This document shows positions 12,071 through 22,700 of a stretch of 64,000 bases of DNA, piece by piece. Position 1 is the first letter of the stretch; each line of letters opens with the position of its first letter. Source of the DNA: Azolla caroliniana. Taxonomy: Eukaryota; Plantae; Polypodiophyta. The position numbers and the translations under genes were made by a program. The notes below the pieces were generated by a model that was not told where the DNA came from, did not search any database, and saw only the letters and a list, made by a program, of their open reading frames with translations. The stretch lies in the NCBI GenBank assembly GCA_043228905.1, contig JBHGNT010000013.1, positions 9,610,001 through 9,674,000 of the forward strand, given 5' to 3'.

Positions 12071-15000
12071 ATGTCTTCCAAGAGAATCGAGCGCGAGGAC
12101 TCCAGGTAGGCCTCTGACACTGTGGACATTTTTGTAAATATGTTTCGTTTCTCAAGAACTCGATGCGGCGTATCGAGTTCGTGTATAAATATTTGTATTG
12201 TATACATGAACTCGATACGCTGCATCGAGTTCGTGATTAAAGTGTAGGTTTTAAACACGAACTCGATACGGCGTATCGAGTTCGTGTTTAAAGTGTAGGT
12301 TTGAAACACGAACTCGATACGGCGTATCGAGTTCGTGTTTAAAGTGTAGGTTTTAAACACGAACTCGATACGCCGTATCGAGTTCCTGTTTAAAGTGTAG
12401 GTTTTAAACAGGAACTCGATACGCCGTATCGAGTTCCTGTTTAAAACCTACACTTTAAACAGGAACTCGATACGGCGTATCGAGTTCATGTTTATAGTAT
12501 AGGTTTTAAACAGGAACTCGATACGCCGTATCGAGTTCCTGTTTAAAGTGTAGGTTTTAAACACGAACTCGATACGCCGTATCGAGTTCCTGTTTAAAAC
12601 CTACACTATAAATAGGAACTCGATACGGCGTATCGAGTTCCTTTTTAAAATTCAAACTTTAAACACGAACTCGATACGGCGTATCGAGTTCGTGTTTAAA
12701 GTGTAGGTTTTAAACACGAACTCGATACGGTGTATCGATTCCCTGTATATAAGAAGGCTTTGAGAGAGAAAAATCGTTTATGGGGTGGAAATGATATCAA
12801 ATTGTCTGGCAAAATCAGTCTTTTTTATGTTGACTTTACTTACTTTTAAAGAAATACATGCTCTAATTATAGGGGTTTTATGACCTACTTTAGCTTAAAA
12901 TAGTAGAAAATGATCTACAAATTGCCTTTACTATGGCAAATTCTCCTCAATATAGGTTTAGAATCTATATAAGTCATACCTACTATTTAAAAGAATATAT
13001 AACCCGTTTTACTTATTACGATATATATTTTCTAGGTTGAATAGCCCTGCCTATAATAGATTTTTGAATATGTTACTGCTCCTGGAAACTGTTCTTCATT
13101 ATAATATACAACTTCAATCTACGTGACTGTCTAACTTATGTTTTTGCATATACTTTCTTAAATAGGTCGTTTGATAACTTGTCGGACCGACCCGTGAAGA
13201 AAATTAAGCTTCGCATACAAGGTTCTCCAATCGAAGCCCAGACCAAGGTAGCTCCTGAGACCATGAAGAGAGGAAAAAAGCTTCTCTTTAACGAAGAGAC
13301 AAAATCTCAGCCACATAGTGATGTTAGCCAAAAGAAACTTGTCGCCGCTACTGGAGGCGAAGACCTTCCTGACCGAGATCTAACGGACAAGGAATGGTGT
13401 ATGCAATATGTCGACTCAAAGAAAAAAGTCGTATTGTATACAGCAAAGAAGAAGGGTGAGGGGCAGCTTGGAAAAGAAACCCCATTTATGTATGGCCGAA
13501 TTCTACGATTTGACTACGAAGATGCAGATTCGGCCAACATACTGGTAATGATAGAGTGCTCCAAGGGGGTACGTAAAGTGTTCCTTTCAGAAGACCTTTT
13601 AGTAAAGGAATCTTGTGGGCCTGAAGTGTTCAAAAAAGCACTTGATAACTCACAAAACCTGATTGTTACCTTGAGGCCTTATATACAAGGCCATGTAACT
13701 CTAAGAGATGAAGAGCCCGCCCCCTTGAAGGCCACAAAAAAGGTATCCAAAGTCCAGTTAAGACCAGCCAAGAAGAAGACAACGAAAATGTCGGATACGG
13801 ATTCAACAAGTGAAAATGAAGAAGAGGATAATAAGGGGACGCCAGGAGCCGAGCTGGCCTCGGGTGTTTTGTCATCCGAGCAGAATAAAATAAGGAGAGA
13901 GTTAATGCAACGGAAGCTGGTCAGGAAAGGGCAAGTATTTAATTTGCCTATAACACACATCCATCGGCCCCCTATTGATGAAAAAACAGGTCGAAGACCA
14001 CTTGAGATTAGAGAGCCTCACCGCATGCATATTCAAAATCTCAAGAAAAAAATGAAAATTAATCCTCATGCCACTGTGGTGCCTTTTATTGTTATGGTAG
14101 ATCCTGAAGAATGTGAAACCATTGAAGATTTTGATATTAGAAAGCATGATCAATATAATTATTTTGTCATTGGTGGATCGCATTCAGCAGAGGCACGTCG
14201 GCAACTTGTGAGAGAACATCCAACCACTTTCTTCTTCAAGTATGCCGAGTGCAAAATTTATGTTGGGCTCACAACCGAAGAGGCTAAGCTATTGGCATGG
14301 GACCATAATAATGATAATGACTATAGGCAGAAAATGTCGTCTATTGAGCGTATACGGTTCTTCCACCACGAGTATTTAGATGTGAAACAAAAGTTTGGTG
14401 TGAAGTTACATCCAGGCCTTCGACGTCAATGTCTGCATGAAGTCGGCATTGTGGTAGATGATAATGTTAGGTCCGATGGTCTTCGAAAGTATGAGTCTTG
14501 GTTTCAATTGGCGTTTAGAGATGGAGAAGTATGGGACCTCCAAGATCAAATCTTCTCAATGTGGGAGAATAAGGAGGTAAAGGGTCAACGACAAAAGAAA
14601 TGTAGGGTTGACCCTCAACTAGAATTAAAGTCACAAGCCGCCAAGAAAATTGACTTGACAATTGAAGAAGCGGCAGACGACATGAAGCTGTCTCTATGGA
14701 GAGCGATGCAAGGTATTAAGGACGAGCAGCTTCTTGTGTCGGTTTTGTCAAGGGTTGTGGCGAAAGATTTAAGCCTTGAAGAAATGGTCACTGAGTTCAA
14801 TAAGTAAGTCTTTCAAATACTGAAATTGTAGTCTATCTGGTGTAATTCAAAGTTCTAATCTTGATTTCTAATTTTACAGTCATAAGGTGTACATGAAGAT
14901 CCAAGAAGTTATGATGAAACAACTTGGATGTATAACTTGGGAACAAGTGACCGAGGATTATCCTCTAACGTCTTCGTATAAGGCATTATCAGAGTATTTT

Positions 15001-16391
15001 ATTGCATTCAAGGATTGGGTTAGTATTCATGTTTTTTCATTACCCTTTCATCATATGTAGAGCTTGTATAATAATACCTGATGTCCTATTGCTTCTATTA
15101 GAAACCGTGTCGAGGCAAGAAACAAGGAGAAGTTAAGGATATACACGATTTCCCTACATCCTTCCTTGCACATCTCGAGCGAGCCAGAAAAGAAAAGGAT
15201 CGTCGCTTAGTCAAGGCGTACGAAATGGAGGAAGATGGCTCGTTTAAAAAATTTAGCCACAAAAAAGATATTACGAGAGATCTTTACTACAATGTGGTTT
15301 GCGGTGATGTCATCGACTTGATCCAGAAGGTGCCAAAGAAGGAATATACGCTAATGATTGCGGATATTCCTTACGGATTTCGAATGGCTGGGTCATCATA
15401 CGATGATGAACCGTTTAGGTTTAAACAATTGGAGAAGATGGTCAAGGATTTCGCTGAGCTAACGACCGCATCCTTGTGGCGAATAGTTGTCTTTCATAGT
15501 ATGGACCAAGGGTACTCGGTAGCTCAAGCTTTGAGATCTCGTTGCCATGGCATCGAGAACCTTGCATGGTAAGGATTATTTGTAGGTGTCTTTCATTATA
15601 TTGCAATTCTTAAGGTTGTTGAATCTATTCTTAACTCGATGAATTATTTTTTATAGGATCAAGACCAATGTAAATAGAGGGCCAACTTTTCGGTTCGTTA
15701 ATGCCATTGAATACACAACGGTTGGCTACTTCGATGAAATTAAAAAACAGAGAATCAAAGAGCATTCTAATGAAGTGGGAGGTTCAAATATGTTGGTATA
15801 TCCAGCAGTGACTCGGAAATTGCGACATGTCACCACGACAGAACGAGGACTTGTCAACCCATACCAAAAACCTCAACGACTTATGATGCGCTTGATCGAG
15901 ATGTTTTCTGTCGAAGGAGACTGGATATTAGATCTCTTTTCTGGCACAGGTATTCCTCGAACTAGGGTAACGATCTTGAGATAACCAATCACTTTTTTTT
16001 CGTTTGACAACTAAATCTTCTTGTTACTTACATCATAGGAACTACATCAGCATGTGCATTGAAGCTGTTTAGAAATACAGTTGCATTGGAGAAGGACGAG
16101 GACCAAGTTATATTTATTAATATGCGGATTAAGGCTTTGTGGGAGTGCCCAGACCAGGATGAGGAGGTCGGTGCAAAGAACCTCGCCAATACAGAAAGGT
16201 TTCAACCTGCTTCGCGAGAGCCTATTCCTCCGTTAGCCGGCGAACCGGGGGAGCTAATAGAGCTTGATGATGAGCTTATAGAAGATATTTCGTTGGCTCG
16301 GCTAACAGGGGAAACCAATGCACGTATAGCCGAAGACAGTTCTACACAAGATGATGAAGAAAATGACGTTGATGAATTGATTGCTATGTAA
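12071..16391 (+). CDS. Spliced ParB/Srx-like domain + beta-class N6A/N4C DNA methyltransferase, 974 aa. Exons 12071-12105, 13166-14803, 14880-15018, 15102-15568, 15657-15949, 16039-16391
   Basis: All five introns are GT-AG and keep frame (2925 nt = 975 codons including stop). MTase motifs in beta order: CGDVIDLI, MIADIPYG (motif IV), LAWIKTN, NPYQKPQRLMMRLI, WILDLFSGTGTT (motif I, split by intron 5), ALEKD. ParB-like segment YFVIGGSHSAEA...CKIYVGLTTEEAKLLAWDHN. Confidence 0.85.
12156..12745. repeat. Array of 12 palindromes, ~51-bp period, in intron 1 of the methyltransferase gene
   Basis: GAACTCGAT starts at 12156, 12208, 12259, 12310, 12361, 12412, 12463, 12514, 12565, 12616, 12667 and 12718. 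Core GAACTCGATACG(G/C)CGTATCGAGTTC, extended by TTTAAACA(C/G) arms. Confidence 0.95.
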
Positions 16392-16811
16392 TAGACTCTA
16401 TAAAGAATATGACACTGACGATTTGTTAAGATTTCACATTATTAATACAAATTTTGGGTTTTACCTTGTGGATTCTATTCTTTATAATCATCTATATGTT
16501 TCAATTTTATTTTTATATACTTGATTAGTAGATTTATGATATTGGTTTCACCGCGTGCATAGCTGACTACCAAACTTATGGAGAAACATGAACTAGCTTA
16601 AATGGAGGCTGATTTTGGTCCAAGCTAACCTTAACAGAACATGGCCCTATAATTGTTGCCATGACTGTCCATGTTGTTATTATGGATCTTTGTCTTATAT
16701 TGTTAAAACTATTATGTTTCTATTCCATTGCTGCTTAGATTGTGTAGTGTGTTGATAATGGTTCCAGTTGCGTTATCGTTCGGAGTTTGATCTTGTGTGA
16801 ATCACCTAAGC

Positions 16812-17070
16812 AATAGAGTAGATCAATTTTAAATACAGGTATGAATGCCTAATAGGTTTGTTATTTCCACGACATTATCCTAAAGTTCACTGCCTTACAT
16901 TGTGCACAATTATATACACATATGGTTTGATCCCATATGAACAAACTGAGGAATAGATTAGATCAACTTTTAATATAAGTATTGAATACTTTAATAAGTT
17001 AGTTATTCCAATCACTTATCCTAATGTGCACTATCCTACATTTTCCACAATTACATACATGCACGTATGG
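16812..17070. repeat. Diverged ~120-bp direct duplication in the transposon's right arm
   Basis: 16812-16925 resembles 16952-17070 (aatagaNtagatcaa...ttatcctaa...cacaatta...tatgg). Confidence 0.55.
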
Positions 17071-17403
17071 GTCAAAGTATAAATTATATCTCATTTTATT
17101 AGTATGGATACAAGTACACCTTATATTTTTGTAAAACCTACCTAATTAATATAAGTCTTTAAGTTAGTGTTTCCCTTGTCGCACAATAGTGCCATATTGA
17201 GCCATAGTTGAACTTTATTATGCCTACATTAACTTATCAACATGTCTAAACTTGCATGATTTCTAATGATCTCCACTCGTAGATCTATCATGTATTTTTA
17301 TATTTGCAAATTCTTATCAAGTTGAGGAACATGTGATACTAGTGCATCCAATTATTGTAGAGAGGGTTTATTTGCTTCGTTTTAAGAAGATTCTACAAGT
17401 GGA

Positions 17404-17439
17404 ATGCGCAATCCTTCCACTTGTGAATGCGAACGTGTT
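17404..17439 (-). repeat. Right TIR
   Basis: atgcgcaatccttccacttgtgaatgcgaacgtgtt, followed by ATAA and resumption of the host LTR. Confidence 0.95.
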
Positions 17440-17776
17440 ATAAGACAAAGATGTAAATAAAGGAGAGAAGATGAGGCAAAACGAGAATACTAGATTGATG
17501 TGTCAATGACTAGCATTGAATCCCTTGAAAGGGATCAAGGAAGTTACAAGTATTTATACATGTTTGTGGCCTCTACATGTAGTTCCATGCATCAACCCCT
17601 TTCCATGTAGAAGCTTCTGGAGCTTTCTAAAAGCTTGTAAAAACTCCTAGAACTTGGAATAGATAATCTACTAATAATCTACTATGATATAAATAACATA
17701 AGCATGTATTTAGATGTGTTGGTTAGAATATAACACTTGACTAGATACAAGAGGTGTAGCAATCATGTCCATGACA

Positions 17777-18814
17777 TATTGCCAAATCTGGTAAGATATG
17801 GCTACTGGATCCACAACAGTCAATAACTCATTTGTGGGATATGCTCTGGTTATATGCATGACAACAAGTTAGTAGGTTGATTTGGGACCCAAGGGGATGG
17901 TTTTGGACTAGACCCGTGATGGATCCATTGCAAAAAGTTCCATTCGGCAGAGCGCTACTCATGTCTAAGGATATTTGAACTCCTAAAGCTCAAAAGCACA
18001 AGAATGAGTGGGGTGTTTCAAGCATTCATTTGAAGCCATATTGGAAATGGATTTGGTCTTCCATGGGACCAACCAAATATATTCTTTTCATATGGCTCTT
18101 ACTACATGCAACACCACCAGTAGGTCAGTCATTGAAAGGAGATGTGGCAACCATTCTTAGACAATGTTGTTATTGCGGTGACATGCAGGAAACTACCAAG
18201 CATGCTCTCTGATGATGCTCATTAGCCCAACAAGTATGGAATAAAGTTCTTTCTTTATTCCTGACAATTAATGCATGCTGCCTCTTCTCCTGGGGATCAG
18301 TGGTATGGGGGGTTCTCCATTCCAGTCTTTTGTTGTATGAAGCAGATGATGCTCCAAAGGCTATGATAGTCATCGACAGACATCTAATTATTGTCTCCGC
18401 GTTTCAGCAACCTCGCAAGCAAATGCGTGCAACCCATGTATGGAAAATCGCATCTACGGTTACATTATGGATCTTATGGAAGTATCGTTGTAAAAGACGA
18501 TATGATTCCATAAATCCTCTTCTCTCAGATATATTGCCAGAATTATGGGGGAGGTTATTGGCGGTTGTGCGGGGGCAATATGACAATATGCCAGGCTCTT
18601 CGGAGGTTGTTCTTAAGAAAAGGAAAAAATTACTGCAATTATGGAGGAAGTTGCCTTTGTTCACATTCTCCTCTCAAGGATCGACATGGAAATATCATCA
18701 CCCTTGGTCCTTGCCGTGACCATTTCTTTTGTATATAACACTCTTTGATGTACATTTTGTAGCCATTTTATGCTTTTCTTAATACTAATGAAGGAAATCT
18801 TTTGGAAAAAAAAA
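17777..18814 (+). mobile_element. 5'-truncated, decayed L1-like LINE 3' end
   Basis: zf-RVT-like remnant WLLLH...CCYCGDMQETTKHAL, W-rich C-terminus TLWILWKYRCKRRY, short 3' UTR and A-tail at 18806-18814. Confidence 0.7.
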
Positions 18815-19668
18815 CTTTAGTATAATAAATTTCATAATCAAGATGGAATTTAGAAATTCTACAAAGTGTCATTAGATGGAGAAACTCATTGCAACATTAC
18901 TCCTTAACTATGGAAAGCATAACTGATTTATGATCAATATGGGGTCCCATTCGTTGATTCACTTTGTAAAGCTTGTTACACAAACATGTTCAAAATGTAT
19001 ATGTACATGTTCAAACTCATCTATATGTATTAAGTGTTTAAGTTAGATATTGGACATGAAGTAAAGTTAGATATTGGATATTTGGTGATTATATAAATTG
19101 TAATTTGAAGTTTGAAGTTTAGTGTAATCGGAAGAGTGATGTTTTTTAATGGAACTATGGTAATACCATTTTGATATCAATTTTATTTTTTTACACTTGG
19201 ATTTTTTTCAACAATTGCATGTCCGTCGGCCATCTGATTTGAGTAGAGTGCTTGACAATTATGAGCAGGGTGTCTGACAATATATGAACAAGGTGTCTAA
19301 CAATTATGAGCGATTTGGGCAGGGTGTCTAAATACTAATGGGTCGGGTGTCTAGTGACAACTTTCTTTATTGGTGAGTTTTATTTTTATTTTTATCCACA
19401 TTGGATGGTGCAGATTGATCGCAATGTTAGCCACGTGCTTTGCATCATCCGTGGTCACGATTGCATCACGAGCCCTCTTTATTATGTATTTGGTCGGTAG
19501 CAGTTAGGCACGAGTTGTACTGTGTACACATTAACATATGTATACTGATATATATGTACATATACATGTACATATGTATGTATGTATATGGTTTCGAGTA
19601 ATAAACGAACATATGAAGAAGCGACAGGACTAGTTTTGTAGTTTCGGAGAATTAGATAAGTAAGAGTT

Positions 19669-19673
<5 letters not shown>

Positions 19674-19710
<37 letters not shown>
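19674..19710. repeat. (CT)n microsatellite in the promoter/5' UTR of the DnaJ gene
   Basis: Perfect CT dinucleotide run. Confidence 0.9.
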
Positions 19711-19716
<6 letters not shown>

Positions 19717-19796
19717 TCTGTGTGTAAGGCGACATAGTTAGTCTGTGCATTCGATTCGCTCTGCTCTTTCGAAGCTTTCTCTCTGCGTTTGTGGCG

Positions 19797-22700
19797 ATGG
19801 AGGAGGAGGAGGAACAGGGAGATCTGTATGAGATTCTGGGTCTGCCGCCTGGATTGGATGGAGGTCTGCTTTCGTCGTCGGAGGCTATTCGCAAAGCTTA
19901 TCGCAGCAAAGCTCTTACGTGCCATCCTGACAAACGACCAAACGATCCTCTCGCAGGTTCCATCTTCCTTCCTGTTCCTTTTCACCTTTCAGAGTGTATG
20001 TCAAAATCTCTCTTTCTTCTTCCCCTCCTGATTAACCCAACCCTTGTTCATCAGCTGCCGAGTTCCAGAAGCTCCAAAAGGCGTATGATATCTTGTCCGA
20101 CGAGAAGGCGAGAAGAGCTTATGATGAGCTTCTCAATGTGAGAAAGGCAAGGATAGAGAAGGAGAGTCGTGCGGATTCTAAGAGAAGGAAGATGATGGAG
20201 GATCTAAGGAGGCGTGAGAGTGCATTCAAAGCTGTTTCTAAAGAGAAAGATGAAGAAGAAAAGGCATTTAAACGCTTGCAAGAAGAGATAGCGAGAATTC
20301 GAGCAAGAAAAGCTCAGAAAGCCATGTCTTCCTTTGCATCAGAGCCACTTCAGAAAGCGGAAGCTCCTAGCAAATCAGATGCTGAAAGAAACAGAGATAA
20401 GAATAAGGAGAAAATGCTCAAGATTTCATGGCTATCCTCAGAAAGTGGAGGTAGCGAATACTCTGCTGTTAGGCTTAACCATATCTTCTCACAGTTTGGC
20501 AAGGTTGAAGATGTTGTTATCCGCACAAAGAGTTCGGGGAAGAAAAACTCAGCACTGGTAGTGATGAGCTCTAGAGAAGAAGTGGTAGGTGTCCACACCT
20601 TGAAGTGACAGCATTTTGTGTGACTGATAAACCTTTCTTTTTGCATACATAGATTTTATGTTGACTGGCAAAGCTTATATTTGTTTTTGCAACCATAGGT
20701 TTTTGATGTCTAGACATTCATATCTTTAATGCCCTATATAATTAAAGCATATTTTTTCCTTACATGCCTAGATTTTTGTCGTCTAAGATAACATAATTTT
20801 ACTTTTGTCTTTGTAGATTGCAGCCACAACGCATCCATGTGGTGACCTCGTGAATCCCATACTTGTTGTTCCTTTAGTACCATATACCACAAATTCCTTC
20901 ACACAAGAAACTCCATCCATTTCAACAGCCAGTGATAACAATGTGAATGTGAGCACACATAACATTGTTGGTTCTGCATATCATGACTATGAAGATTCCA
21001 TCCTTCAGAAAATGCGAAAAGTAAGTAACTGCTTAATCGTCAAAAGTTCTTTAACTCTGGTTGATTATATCTACTTTCCATTTTCCAAAGCTTTAAATCT
21101 GAAGTGTCTCTCTGAAGATGGATCTAAGTTCATGTAAGTTTTTAGCTTGGTAGGTGTATTGTGATCGAGTTGACACATAGGTCACTTTCAATTGTATCAT
21201 TTCACTACTCTTATGTTTGGCTATCAATATTTTTGGTGCATATTTATATTTATTAGAACCGTTCATAAATTTTTATCAACTTTAGGAAAACCCTATTAAA
21301 GCATCAATACCTGGACTTCTATTGCTTAGTTTTCCATCAAAGGTTAGGAATAAAGAGATCAATCAGAACAAGTTACATTGCATGGCATGGAACTTCCATA
21401 AAACCTTCCAAATATTGTACAGGTTTCATATCTATCAATTCACAAGTTACCTTACTGGATAAAATGTAAAAAGAGAAGAAAGTACAGAATCCCTTAGGTG
21501 CTAGTGGAGACAGGATGGAGAGGTGCATAATGAACTTCAATTACAACAATGAAGGCAAAGAGGTCTAATGTAATGGGGCATGAATAGTCTCAGTGGTTTA
21601 GATTGAATATTAATAGGCCTCAAGCTTTAAATAATATTACCATGGGTTGCAAGGAAATTTGCCAAGTATGGCAGAACACTAATTCAGAACGTTTTTAAAA
21701 TGTTTACTGAGTTTGGCACCTCCGTATTGTTTGCTGGTTTGGTAATGCCATTCACTCCGTAGGCATAGACATAAAATACAATCCTAGCCCTAACATGTGA
21801 ATTTTTGTGCTGCCCAAACACAGAACTTCTCAGAGTTTAAGTTGAACTTAGAAAAGGTGGCCAGTACTACGTCATTACTCATCTTCTTGTCTATCTAGGG
21901 TATGTTGAGTATAAAAGCACATGAAAATCATGCTTATCTAGCTTTTAACCTGTGTGAGTGTGGCCAATGTCTAAAATAAAATTGTGATACTGCAATAAAA
22001 GTATAAATGTCTCTAGTGGCCCCAAACATGAACTATGAGACCAAAATGGTTACAAGACACTATTTTAAAATAGCAGAATAAGAAAATCTGAAAATTGAAA
22101 TTAAAAAACTAAGCTTATTTGCTATCTTTACCAGTTCGATCTTCTCCATGAGTTTGGTTTAGCAATTCAGTAGTTGAGCAAAGAGAATTTTTAACGTTGT
22201 CAGCAATGTTCTATCCTTGTTAGGAGTTTCTGAAAGCTTCTTGTCTCTCTGTCTCTGAACAGCCAATCTACATGCATGTCAACCCAATCCTATCCCTATA
22301 AACATTTCTCTTTGTCACAATGTGCACTCCATATTGCAACTTCAAAAACACCATGTGAAAATGTTTCACTTTCGTCCCATAGGTCATGTCTGACCACTGA
22401 GGACGATAATAGAATGTATCTATCTCTCTGTATAAATAGTTTGATATACAAGCATGTCTCTTCCCCCCACTTCCTTTCTCACCACCTGGTCATGAGGTAC
22501 CCAGTTGAGAGAACATAATTGTTTTGCTGTCTTCCTTCTCATCTTGTAGCATTTCCTGTAATATTTATTCACTGTATGGCTGATAGGCATCTACATACCG
22601 AAAGTAATCTTTCAAACATTTTTAGAAAAGATATATCAGACAATCCACAACACATTGAAACGGGTTCTTGCTTTTCATGCGGTTGCTGCAATTCATGGAA

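Larger units (their letters stand above)
8143..17439. mobile_element. 9,297-bp TIR DNA transposon (Sola-like) carrying a transposase and a ParB-like/DNA methyltransferase gene
   Basis: 36-bp TIRs at 8143-8178 and 17404-17439 with 2 mismatches. ATAA duplicated at 8139-8142 and 17440-17443. The empty site acaagaacATAAgac occurs in sister LTRs near 4112-4126 and 5662-5676. Confidence 0.92.
4093..17776 (-). mobile_element. Non-autonomous LTR element in tandem arrangement: three LTRs (4093-4475 truncated, 5594-5990, 8063-17776 interrupted) and two low-complexity internal regions
   Basis: Three homologous LTR copies, each ending tgtca/tgaca on the + strand. The minus-strand PPT aggggaggataa precedes the LTRs at 4475 and 5990. 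Internal regions 4476-5593 and 5991-8062 are homologous and show no gag/pol motifs. Confidence 0.7.

Noticed and set aside
12016-12360. 114-aa minus-strand ORF with repeated TYTLNTNSIRRIEF
   Set aside because: By-product of the 51-bp repeat period (a multiple of 3), antisense to an intron.
12156-12745. CRISPR-like array of palindromic repeats
   Set aside because: The linkers are short and near-identical rather than unique spacers, there are no cas genes, and it lies in a eukaryotic intron.
12071-16391. Bacterial contamination or a prophage as the source of the ParB-MTase
   Set aside because: The gene has five GT-AG introns and a TATA box, and sits in a TIR element inserted in a plant LTR with a clean TSD.
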